From: Sphaeroforma arctica JP610
Taxonomy: Eukaryota
Assembly: GCF_001186125.1 (NCBI RefSeq)
Contig: NW_014040538.1
Span: 1 to 38,887 of the forward strand
Length of the DNA: 38,887 nucleotides
Reading direction: 5' to 3'
The notes beneath the pieces are model-generated. The model was not told the origin of the DNA, did no database searches, and worked only from the letters and a program-made list of their open reading frames with translations. Numbering within the stretch: position 1 is the first letter of the stretch; each line of letters starts with the position of its first letter. Below are positions 1 through 11,124 of the stretch, in pieces. The translations under genes and the position numbers were made by a program.

Positions 1-41
1 TATATATATGTTCACTATTTCTGTTTATTCATTTTATTTTG

Positions 42-72
<31 letters not shown>

Positions 73-238
73 ATCTGTGCATACTTGCGTTTAGGTTTAT
101 GCTACTTTTTTTTGTTATGTTTGTGCATTTTGTATACCTATATACATAGTGATACGCTTACGTATGCATATTCATAAACATAAGGTTGCGACATTTTTTT
201 CTGAACTGCACCTTACTTCTGTTTGTTTGGCTTTTCAG

Positions 239-3200
239 AGACGGAGGGCGAGCATGAAGGAACGCTTTGACGACCTGATAAAGACTGTCCCACTGTGTAA
301 TTCTCGCACGAGAAAAGTGGCGATACTTACCAAGGTACGTTGTGCACTGCATTAGTGTTTTCAATTCTATACGGTTTTATATATAAGGGAAATTGGCATA
401 CTCACATAGCTGTGGTGTGAAGTTAACAGATATGATGACTTATATCTCATACCATTCATAAAGAACGTACGAGCACAAAGTGTACGAGTACAAATGGATT
501 TGATATCTGTTATTTTTATCAAGGGCGCACGGGCTGGCTATCATGCTTTGGGCGCTAAACTTTCACACAGTCGGTGCAGTATGACACAGCAAAATGTCGT
601 CTCTTATTCGCATCTCACTACACACACAACCGGGGATAGGCTCTTTATACATTACTCATTCACACCTTGTTGTATATATAGACTATAAACTACATGCACT
701 CTTCGACGCGAATTAGACACATTTGACAACGACTTTTCTTCACTATACATACATGGCTGATTCAGATCTCATCTCCCTTGCAGACAGTAAACTACATTGG
801 GCACCTGCGACAGCAATTGTACATATAGCATACGGTCAGTAGTTGTTGATACACTCTGTTATTCACACCTACACCTGTTGATACACACTGTTGTTCACAC
901 CTACATATATTGATACATACTGTTATTCACACTGTTATTCACATCTACATATGCTGATACACTCTGTCATTCACACTTACATATGTTGATACATAGTGTT
1001 ATTCACAACTACATATGTTGATACACATTGTTATTCACACCTACATATGTTGATACAAACTGTTATTCACACCTACTACAGACGGTTAAATACATGGAGC
1101 ACGCGCGGTGAGAATAGGACACAACAACTTCGGCTGTCATCCACGCATCCAACAACTAAAGTCCTCCCTATGCAGTCAGTAAACTACAGAAAGTATATCT
1201 GCACCAAGAATTGTACATTATTACATCCAATGTGAGCACACAACCCTGTGAACAAACACAACACCATATAACGAACGACGGTCACAATTCCTTTGCATAC
1301 AGACGGTAAACTACATAAAGCACCTGCGACAGGAATTAGATACAATAACAAACGACAACTACAGACTGGCCGAAACACTGCGCCTGCGAGGGGTGCCTAC
1401 AAACTCCAATCCCGGTAACTATGGCAATCCGGGTACGCAACCACGAAGCCCGTACAGGGGCAATGCTTTGGTGTCGACGAGTACGGACAGATATCCACCT
1501 CCGAATGTATCACGCGGTGGCCATAGGGCTCTGTCACCAGAGCCTTCGTTATACAACATGAACGGTAGCAAACTGGCCTTCAACTTCTCCATGGACAATC
1601 AATCTGTAAGTGTGCGTATATGAACACAATTGATTCATGGGGACGAGTGGGTGTGTCGTGTTCTGTATGCGATGTCGTAATGTGAACACAATTGGATGGT
1701 GTGTATCTCAGTAGATGAGTGAGTGTGAGACGAACACGATTTCTGAACACAATTGTAAATCTCCTAGGAACAATTGAATCTTGTCGCATTTAAAAGGTGA
1801 GTCATGAGTAAATAGTGCGTCCTATATATCTCTTGTAACGTGAGTGGGACGCCTATGGCCTGTGCCATCACACACTGTCATGTCATTTGCATAGTCTTAC
1901 ACTCCGTTCTAGTACCCACATCATCGGACCCTCAATTGTCACTTTCATCCACCACACACTGGTTTGTCTCTCATTTCACCACACTCTGGCATATCTCTTG
2001 TGACATCGCACACTCTGGCATATCTCTTGTGACATCGCACACTCTGGCATACCTCTCATTATATCACACACTGCACTATATACCCGTACTTACATCATCT
2101 CGCTCTCCACCACTCTATGCAGATCAACGCACCATCAGGCCATGCACAGCGACCCGTTCCCACGTCGCCATCAGTGCACAACCAGAGCTACGACAGCTTC
2201 AGCCCAGGAGTGTTTGGGAATGGTATGGGCAACCTGAACAACATGAACGTCAGTTTAAACAGTATCAACGAGATGGGTATGGCGAAACTCGGGGGCGGGC
2301 CGAAGGGAGGCCTAATGCCGCAGCAAAGCCTCCAGTCCCCTAATCTGTAAGTCCGAAGTGTCAATAAGCATCTCAGTCATGCTTGTTGCATGGGTATAGA
2401 TTCGTGTAGATATGAAGTTTCATTGTTGTATTCATAAGAACGAAAATTAATTTATTGTATTTCGCTTATTGTATGCTATCCCGTGGACGCATGTAGACGA
2501 GTGGTTTATTATTAAGGAGAGGTAAGTGAGTGCAGCATGGGAAGTGAGCGATGTTTATGTATCGAAGCGAATCGAGGGTGCGTAGAAGCTAAGACCACAG
2601 CAGGCGCAATACAGACTAGTATACACGTGCCCTTTTCGATGCTGTCAATGTCTCGTGTTCCACACGCGCTGCTTTTGAGCAGATAGGGTAAAACGTTTCA
2701 CTTGTGTGACTTACAAAGGGATATGAGTTTCATATGGCAGGATCAGACGTAAGAAACTAAAACGTTTCACTTGTGTAATTTGCAATGGGGTATGAGTCTC
2801 ATGTGCGTCCGGGTATACTCGTTTGCATCTGCAATTGCCTGATCAATGCCACCTGTGGACACCACACCTAAGTATAAGTATATCTTTAGATTTCCAGTGT
2901 CGCCGCGCTGTCGCCACCTGCACCATCCTGATGTTCTCGTTGTGGATATCACGTGATGTATAGTAAGCACCATCCTGATGTTCTCGTTGTGGATATCACG
3001 TGATGTATGGTAAGCACCATCCTGATGTTCTCGTTGTGGATATCACGTGATGTATAGTAAGTACCATCCTGATGTTCTCGTTGCGGGTCTCAGACGATGC
3101 ATAGTAAGCTCGGAATACGAATGGCCATGCCAACCAAGCATACCGGCAAATGCAAGAAATCGAATGTCCTATTTAGGGGGTTTTTATATATACCTGTTTG

Positions 3201-4016
3201 GTTGATATTTACATGGTTTACACCAGAATGTCAGCCTTGCGAGAATCGCCGATAGCTAATGACCTGACTACGTACGTCCGCGCTGTTTCAATGTTGATTT
3301 CATTCGTGGCCCTTTGTCTGCTGATTCACCACTTGCACTCTGTTTTGCATGCATTGCTCCTCGGCAGAGATTCTCAATCACAAGCGCTAGCTCGCATTAT
3401 AAGCACCGATGTGTTGCATACTTGTACTGTATACTAGTGTGTTGTACGCGTGGCTTAAAATCACAAATACGAATGCACTGCCTACCTACACAGTTACAAA
3501 GGTGATCTGCACAGGAATCTGGCGGGTCCAGGGTTGATCCATTCGATCAGTGTGCCAGATTTGCAATCGATGAACAAACACCGCGCACAAGTGTCGAGCA
3601 ACAACTTCATGGAAATGAACATGAACGGCAACAACGCATTCCCACAGCAGCAGCAGCAGCAACACAGCGCACGCGCGAACAACACCATGTCACATATGAA
3701 CAGTGCCCACGGGGACAACACCCTGGCACATATGAACAGCGCTCCCGGCAATAACTCGTTAACGCCCATGAACAGTGGACAGGGAGATAACTCCTTAGCA
3801 CACATGAACAGTGCACGCGGGGATAATACCTTGTCGCATATGAACACCATGCAATCCGTGATAAATGGGGATGACCGGTTTTCCGCACAGCGGCAGGAGT
3901 CTTTCTCGTCGTCGCAGCTACCGCTGAACTTTGGGTTCTCATCCGATGCGTTATTCCCAGGAAATACCTTCAATGTTATGGGAACAAAGGGCAATTTAGA
4001 GGCCATGGACGAATAA
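239..4016 (+). CDS. bHLH-leucine zipper transcription factor (Myc/Max/Mlx-like class B), 5'-partial; exons 239-334, 1303-1605, 2123-2346, 3494-4016
   Basis: Spliced translation RRRASMKERFDDLIKTVPLCNSRTRKVAILTK|TVNYIKHLRQELDTITNDNYRLAETL gives the end of the basic region, helix1-loop-helix2 and a short zipper, followed by an N/Q/M/P-rich low-complexity tail. All introns are GT..AG with consistent phases (0,0,2); stop TAA ends at 4016. Upstream exon(s) lie outside the window. Confidence 0.88.
682..1235 (+). pseudogene. Four degenerate copies of the splice acceptor plus start of bHLH exon 1303 (pseudo-exons at 682, 784, 1082, 1176)
   Basis: Real exon: ag|ACGGTAAACTACATAAAGCACCTGCGACAGGAATTAG. 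Copies: ag|ACTATAAACTACATGCACTCTTCGACGCGAATTAG (682), ag|ACAGTAAACTACATTGGGCACCTGCGACAGCAATTG (784), ag|ACGGTTAAATACATGGAGCACGCGCGGTGAGAATAG (1082), ag|TCAGTAAACTACAGAAAG (1176). Confidence 0.8.
843..1076. repeat. Intronic minisatellite, ~32-bp unit (TGTTGATACACACTGTTATTCACACCTACATA-like)
   Basis: About 7 imperfect tandem copies are visible. Confidence 0.85.
1621..1780. repeat. Degenerate ~61-bp repeat anchored on TGAACACAATTG
   Basis: Motif at about 1621, 1683 and 1744, with a partial copy at about 1768. Confidence 0.6.
1980..2052. repeat. 29-bp tandem repeat (CACACTCTGGCATATCTCTTGTGACATCG) x~2.5
   Basis: Direct tandem copies in intron. Confidence 0.85.
2921..3108. repeat. 47-bp tandem repeat x4 carrying the palindromic E-box ATCACGTGAT in three copies
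   Basis: Unit CACCATCCTGATGTTCTCGTTGTGGATATCACGTGATGTATAGTAAG starts at 2921, 2968, 3015 and 3062; the fourth copy is diverged and has lost the E-box. Confidence 0.92.
3667..3846 (+). repeat. Coding 36-bp (12-aa) tandem repeat x5 in the last bHLH exon
   Basis: SARANNTMSHMN / SAHGDNTLAHMN / SAPGNNSLTPMN / SGQGDNSLAHMN / SARGDNTLSHMN, preceded by poly-Q. Confidence 0.88.
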
Positions 4017-4027
4017 ATTTTTTGTAA

Positions 4028-4203
4028 CCAGAGCGTAAGACATATAGCGTTCCTTCTGATGTTTGCACTTGTGGCTTTTAATATGTATCCAGGGCGTAAG
4101 ACATGTAGCTTATACTTCTTATGTTTGCACTGGAAATTACCCAACTAGGGCGTAAGACATGGGGCTTATATTTCGTCCAATGTTTGCACTTGTGCCTTTA
4201 ATC
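4028..4203. repeat. ~58-bp repeat x3 in the 3' UTR region (GCGTAAGACAT...ATGTTTGCACT)
   Basis: Copies begin at about 4028, 4089 and 4145. Confidence 0.75.
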
Positions 4204-5141
4204 TAAATACACGGTATGCGTACGCTCACATCTACATACTGGGAGAACCAGCTCTCCAAACAGCGGCAGGATTCCTACTTGTTGCAGCTGCTGCTAAACT
4301 TCGGGTGTTTAGACTGTTGTCGTTCCTGGCTAGCACCAGAGGCGATCAATTGCCAAGGGTGTCGTAGTAGACATAATCAGGTGCTTTGGCGTATGCCACG
4401 TAGCTTACACATACTTAATCTTCTTCCGTTACTCTCGTTGTATGAATTTTGAGTTGTAGATGCATCAAGTTCTACTGATATACTCGCATACGTCCACATA
4501 GAATTTTCAGGGATACTCGGACAATAAATTTGACAAGGTCGAAAATCACATTTTACACCGACTACCCAGTGTCCGATAGAAATAATGCCGTCTATCTCAC
4601 CTTGAGTGTATACTGATCATTCGTGCGGTGCCCGTAGCGCTCATTTCGACTGCTTGAAACCATATCCATGTTGTTCGTTTTTCGTTATTAGACCGCGCTT
4701 GGAGACTTCATTCAATAGTTAACCAAAGCCAATAAAATTCAAAGTCAATGTTGGCATTTCGAAACCACACCTGAGTACACACTAATCATTCGTCGAGGAA
4801 AGCGAAAAACAACCTAAATGGCCTGTGTAACAAGTAGCCAGAGAAGACAGCTGATACTAATCGAAAATGTGGAAATACTTGCTTACGACCTGAATGAGCG
4901 CCGACAGGGGAATACTGTGTCTCTATCACCAGAAAACTCAGTAGCAGAACAGAAAATACGACAATTGGAAGCGCGTGCCGCTCTACGCGCTCCACGCAAG
5001 AAACTTGGATCGGAATGTCTCCAATAATATGGAAAGGCCTAGTCCAACACAGGGAGTGAGGTCCAAGTATTTCGAGTCTATCCCGGATACAAAGAATATA
5101 GATTATTTGCTTTAATACTGCTATGCTATTTCTTCGTATAT

Positions 5142-8100
5142 TCAAGCCTTTGTATTAACTTCCTTCCTCCAAGCAGTATACTCGGGAAGGAGCTTAGAAT
5201 CATGCGTGTAAGCATTGTACAGCGCAACTACTCTCGACATGTTCTCATCAGCCACGCCATTTCTCGCAATCGCATAAATCTGCGCGTACAAGTACATCAC
5301 CACCGCTGCAATATTCGCACTCCTGCCAATTCTGAACTTGCTGAATATCGAGGCATAAAGCGGCACACCCACATTGTCCTCGTACGAGGGCAGGATATCC
5401 ACAGTCCCGTCCAGCAGTTTCTGCGGTGCATCTGTCATGATACACATTGGCCGTGCAATCCCCACAACGTCCACAGACTGCGTGGCCACGGCATGCTCCA
5501 TGACTGAGCGTGTTCTAAACCCACCGGTGACCATTAGGGGGATGTTGACCTTCTCGCGCATCTGCTGCGCAAATTTAACGAAGTAAGCTTCACGTGCGAG
5601 TGTGGACTGCTGTTTGAGGGCGTTCGTCTCCTCCTCTTTCTTCTTGGCGGCGTCATGCTCTGCTTTGAGTTTGGTGCCTGAGAACATCTCAGGCGACTCG
5701 TACGTGCCGCCGGAGATCTCGATCAGATCAACGCTGTATGCAGATGTGGTGGGCACATTTTGAGATGCAATCATACATGCAGCAACACGAAATACAATTA
5801 TACATGTAGCAACACGAAACGCATTTATGCATGTAGCAACACGAAATGGATTTATACATGTAGCACAACTCGATGATAAAGTTTGAATAAATGTGTGATT
5901 TTTTTCATACAAAAAGTTAATCTGCGCAGCACATGTGAACAATAGTGGGGTGTAAAAATCAAGACATGACATGCGTTGGGCTCGATGTTGACCGACCAGT
6001 CAGTCGGCAGTTCTCTGTGTGTAGTAGACAACACAGCACACTCGCTAAACGCCGGGAATAAAACTATCACACATTTAACGCCTCGAAATAAATCTTGCTC
6101 GTAGCAATGATGACGATGCTCAAAAACACGGTGTGCAGATGTTTTGAAGCCTCAGGAGTGATGTATGTATTGTGGCCCGCCCACACATTGAGGACCCCAT
6201 CTGTACGGAATGGTCTGTGGGCTGCAGGTGTTTAGGAAGCAGATGTATAGAATGCAGCGACTGGGCCCTTACCTCGCTTTCTGAAGCCAATCCACTACAA
6301 CAAAGCAATCGTCCGACGTGAATCCACCATGCTGGAAGTCCGCGCTGTTGATCTTTACGCTAATGGGGAAGGCGGGGCCTACAGCTGCACGGCATGCATG
6401 GATAATATCCAGAAGCATGCGTGCACGATTCTCCAAAGAACCACCTGAATGACATACATCGAGGGCAGTGTTTGACATACAATGAGACGTATTCTTGTTC
6501 AATGACATGTGTGGGAACTTTGCGTTGCTGTTGGCATGCGTTCTCGTCGCTACAAACAAGATCGCACAGGCATCGAGTTGGTCCATATGATTGTGGTTAC
6601 AACTACACTGCATCCTAAAACAATTTCAGAGCACACCCGTGGGTGTGTATGGCAAAATAATTCAACATAGAATAGATGTGCCTAAAACATTGTGGCGGCT
6701 TACATGTTTATGCATATGAATCTACCAATTGTAGTAGCTCGCTCGGAAACTGATACATCGCCTCCACCCGATATCACCACAATAGCACACTGGCGACTGA
6801 GACTTGAATCAAATATCGATAGTTGTTGAATATTAAATAGGCTGTAAATGTCTATCGTATGCGTTTGTGCACAGGTTTGCCAAATCTGCACCATTTTGTT
6901 GGAAACGTAGACATACCGTATTTGTCTGTTCGCAGATTGGCCAATGGGCTCAGACTGCTTGCGATTAAATAGCCGTGGGCTCCGTGGATTTGTATTCCGG
7001 TGAATCCGGCTGCCTTTAACGCCAGAGCCGCTGTTGCAAAGCGTTCAACAATCTGAAGAACGATCGCCCAAGGGAATTGTCATATGGATGAGCGAATGGA
7101 CATTTACGATGTACTCAGGAGAGGAAGCAGTGTTATAGACGGAGAAACAGATCATATACGAGAAGAAAGTCATTCACGAATCATCACCAACAAAAAGTAA
7201 TAGTCATTCAAGTGATCATTAACAAGAAGAACATAGTCATTCAAATGATCATTAACAAAAAGAATAGTCATTCAAGTGATTATTAACAAAAAGAATATAG
7301 TCATTCAAGTGGGAGAATAGTGGTATAAATAAAGAGTATAGTCGAATACGAGAACATAGTCCATCTGGAAGAATGTTCATATAGCTGAGAAACGGTAGTT
7401 ATGACGAATCTGGTCATATTTGCAGGCGATAATAGTTGCATAGACACGAACGAAGAGATTCGCCTACATCAGTAATTGGAGCTCGAATGAGGAGCCTAGC
7501 ATGTAAGCACCCACGCGCTTAACAGATATTGCAAGTCGCGAGGCGAGCAATAGATAATCCATAGTATAAATGTAAATGTAATTTCCAGATACAGTTCGAT
7601 TCTATCGCCTAGCCGTACACACACATATGCAAATAGCCAAGCGAGGGACTTCCACTAAAATATACGCATAAATTCAATTTACGCTGCACAAGGTAGCAAT
7701 ATACTATGTGCTAATCCCCAATTGTAGCATGTCGAATATGCACTATGCATGTCAGTCGTGTACTCTTCCCTGCAGTATCGTAATCAGCTAACATACTATA
7801 CAACGCCCGCATTATATCCGTATATGCCATCGTACCTGCTCGATCTCCGCGATGGTTAGTTCGACAGGGTTTCCAAAGCCGGGAACTTTGACTGGAACTG
7901 CCGACATTGCCTGCGGATTGTTCAATGAGCAGAACAGATTTCAATCGTACGCTCATTGCCACTTCTATCTTTTCACTGTATGCAGGTCTAATGTCGGCTT
8001 CAACTCCATATCAACATATAAGTAAGCAGCAAGCGTCAAATAACTGTACAGTAGCCTACACAGATAACCCTGGGACCAGTCTACACAGACACCTATTCTC

Positions 8101-10560
8101 GCACACAAAGGCACCACACTTGCAATACCTGGAGCACGAGTCGAAACATATAATTAGGATGTGATTAAACCAAACCTGAGACGATCTGCAGAAAAGTGAA
8201 TCTATAAGTAGCGCAAAAGTCTAATAAAAATCAACATACCTTCGGCGCTTGATTGACAGTAGGGTTGGTTTGTCTGCCAGCGTGGCTAATCTGTGCCCTG
8301 GTCAACCGAAGTAAGAATAGGAATTCATGAGACTAAATAAAGGTAGTAGGTGTGAAGTGTTAACTGTCGCTTCGAAGTGGTATCTGAACTTTTTAGCAAA
8401 CGATCCGAATTGGGTACGGTGGTGCAGCTATTATGTTGTATTTCCAAAAACTTCTAAAGTGCGAATTACCCTTTGGGTGGGCGAAAGGAACTGCCATATC
8501 TAGATCATAACAACCACTCCGATGATGGATTTTTCCTGTAGAATACTTGCATTCAGGCGTGAGGTCATACCAGAGATGCGTGTTGTTGCGGGTACCTGCT
8601 TCGGCATATTTGCGAAGACGAGCCATTCTGTCCTCGTCTGGAGTACCTTCAATCATCACATTGCCTATGCGCTCGAGATGTTCGCTATCAATCTGTACAT
8701 TACCGGTAATCAACAAGCCTGCAATGAAATATATTAAGACACGTTTTTAGTTAAATGTTAGATATGCCTTGAAATGTAATGGCACGTTCCCAGTTGTCAA
8801 TAATCCTGTGTCGAACACAACATACATGTAAACGGACACCTACATCAAACATAAACTTTGAAATATTGATACAAGCTGCTAGCAAGCAATTGTTAATTGT
8901 ACTAATATATCTGTGCAAATTTCTAGCACAGAAAAGTTATATATGAACCAATTCCTCGAGTGCGTATAGCGCCATAGCGATTGATGGGGGGCACGTGCGG
9001 ATGGTCAGGGAGAGTATGGCACAAGCTCATATTGAACAAAATCAACAAATCTTCCAGAGCAAGTTCCGGAAAATAGGCAGCTAAAGGTACGCTTACGTAC
9101 AAAACTAGATGCTTTGCTTTTACCGGGCACTATCATTCCAAACTGTTCCGCCTTGGAGAATCTCACAAGAACACTCGATCGAACTATGATTGCATACAAT
9201 TTACAACTCAGGTGCGTTGTGCTTAGTATACTAGGCCTACCACTCACGACTTGAAGCGATAGACTATTATAGACATTCACATTGTCAGAGGCTTGAAAAT
9301 TGATGTTACTTTGAAGGTCACAGCTAGTACTGATGTGGATCATTGATATACAAAAAGTTCACCCACATAGATATGAACCTTGTCGCAACAATCTAAACTG
9401 TCAATCTGCACCGTGGCATACATTTAGCTAAACAGAAATATCCTGGATCAAACTCACATCGATGCCCACAGATATACGCTGCTTCATCCACATGCGATTT
9501 TGAGTTCACATATCATAATTGCAGGTATATCAGGTGGGGCATCTGTTATACGTTTGGGCAAATTTACGAGTAGAGAGACTCTTCAGAAAGATTTTCTGTC
9601 GATGCCTTGTTTGAACAGTTCGATTGTGCCGATGAAACTAACGAACACAATGCTTCGAATTTACTGAGATCCAGAATACACACATACACATGCATCTGCG
9701 TAGTTGAATAATAATAAGTGTACACACCTGCGCCACCCTCAGCCCACACGCGATATAAGTTACACAGCTCATCGGTTGAGCGTCCATCAAAAGTGGCCAG
9801 TCCTTCAGTCATGGCGGCTTTGGCGATGCGGTTTTTCTACGCGTGTAAACCAAATAGTACGTGAAGGCATTCAGTAAGTTATACCATGCTTGTTCGGTTA
9901 GTAGTACTATGATACACACCATACATAGATGAAAATAAAAGCAGGCTAATAAATAACGATCGATAGCACTATGGCAAACCCCTAGGAGAGTATCAAGTGT
10001 TCATGTGTGAGGTTTGGGAAGCCTATTGAGCTGATCTATAATCACATCACAAACACAAAAACACGTAATGACATCTGCAACATAATGACATCTGCAAGAG
10101 TACTATAGACATCCGTAAATGCAGCGTCACATAAGTTGCGTGTCCTATCGTCTGTGCCAGTGACCTGCAATTTACTGCATCCGAAGCCAGGCAATTTTTT
10201 TTGAGCAAACTACCTGATATGCATATATGAAGATGAATATACAAAACTGTGTGTTTGTGCGGATGTGTATGTTTCATGCCTATAGCATACCAATGAATAT
10301 CAGTAGTGCGTATAGTACTCGATTCTGAGTTATGATTTGTGTGTGTGAACATCATGGTCTGAGAAAATCTGAATGTGGAGATCAAAACTACTGCGCTCCG
10401 GGCGTTTCGAAGTATGGTATGATGTTGATGATATCTTTCATGATTGTATATTCAAATTTGAGTGCACGCAATTATACTGGTTGTTAGACTGATTTAATCA
10501 CGATGAGAAAGTAACACTTACCAGGATCGCGCCACACGGGAGTGTCAGTGAGGTATCCAT
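5142..10560 (-). CDS. NADH:flavin oxidoreductase / Old Yellow Enzyme family (FMN TIM barrel), 442 aa; exons 10560-10522, 9836-9728, 8718-8571, 8297-8240, 7910-7836, 7052-6917, 6444-6273, 5733-5142
   Basis: Spliced motifs: LTLPCGAILKNRIAKAAMTEGLA, WAEGGAGLLITGNVQID, WAQISHAGRQ, GFTGIQIHGAHGYLI, NLRTDKYGGSLENRAR, ISVKINSADFQHGG, VDLIEISGGTYE, PLMVTGGFRT, VGIARP. All seven introns are GT-AG with consistent phases; total 1329 nt. Confidence 0.95.
5772..5870. repeat. ~27-bp intronic tandem repeat x4 (ATACATGTAGCAACACGAAAT...)
   Basis: Visible as RVATCINAF-like repeats in the spurious N-terminus of ORF 5142..5972. Confidence 0.8.
7166..7310. repeat. ~32-bp intronic tandem repeat x~5 (AGTCATTCAAGTGATCATTAACAAAAAGAAT)
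   Basis: Imperfect direct copies. Confidence 0.82.
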
Positions 10561-11124
10561 ATTAGTTATAAATCAAAGCGTCGTATACGCTACTTAGTGC
10601 TAAACGGCTAAATGAACAGGAATAATGTTGTAACTTTTCGGAAGTATAATTGTATATATAGTATATACATTTATAAAAAGATGCCACACATAACGCATTC
10701 CTCTCTTGTCAAAATGAATACATTCAATACATTCTATTTTACACACAACAATCACATTCACGTGACTGGTACGTGACAATGACAACATTGACCATCATCA
10801 CTTTTTTATTATAAGAGCCCCGATACTTCCATCACGACTCTCACTAACTATTGGATTGTATCCGAAAATGTACCTCATTAACCAATGGAAATATTGGTAT
10901 ACATTTTATAGGTGGTTCTCTCGTCAGTTACTGGATAACTTTGATTTCAAAGTGCTCATTTTTCGCTCCTCTACTGGTTGATGTGAAAATATCTGTGCAA
11001 ATTTTATATTTCCAGGGACACCAGTGGTCAACCCTATTGCCTATGTTGGATTTTCTTTCTCGAATATCAGAATATGTAATTAGCGTTGTAGCCTTCTTTA
11101 GGCGTATGCCGTAGGCCCGTTGGG

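Noticed and set aside
2921..3108. CRISPR-like appearance of regular repeats (also 843-1076 and 19858-20012)
   Set aside because: Head-to-tail tandem units without unique spacers, in eukaryotic introns, with no cas genes.
3494..4144. 216-aa minus-strand ORF
   Set aside because: Antisense shadow of the last bHLH exon and its coding repeat.
4786..5145. ORFs 4786..5145(-) and 4818..5027(+) between convergent genes
   Set aside because: No recognisable domain or convincing splice structure; probably 3' UTR or decayed sequence.
10758..10766. TCACGTGAC E-box ~200 bp upstream of the OYE start, suggesting control by the neighbouring bHLH
   Set aside because: A single short motif; CACGTG occurs at several unrelated places in the window.
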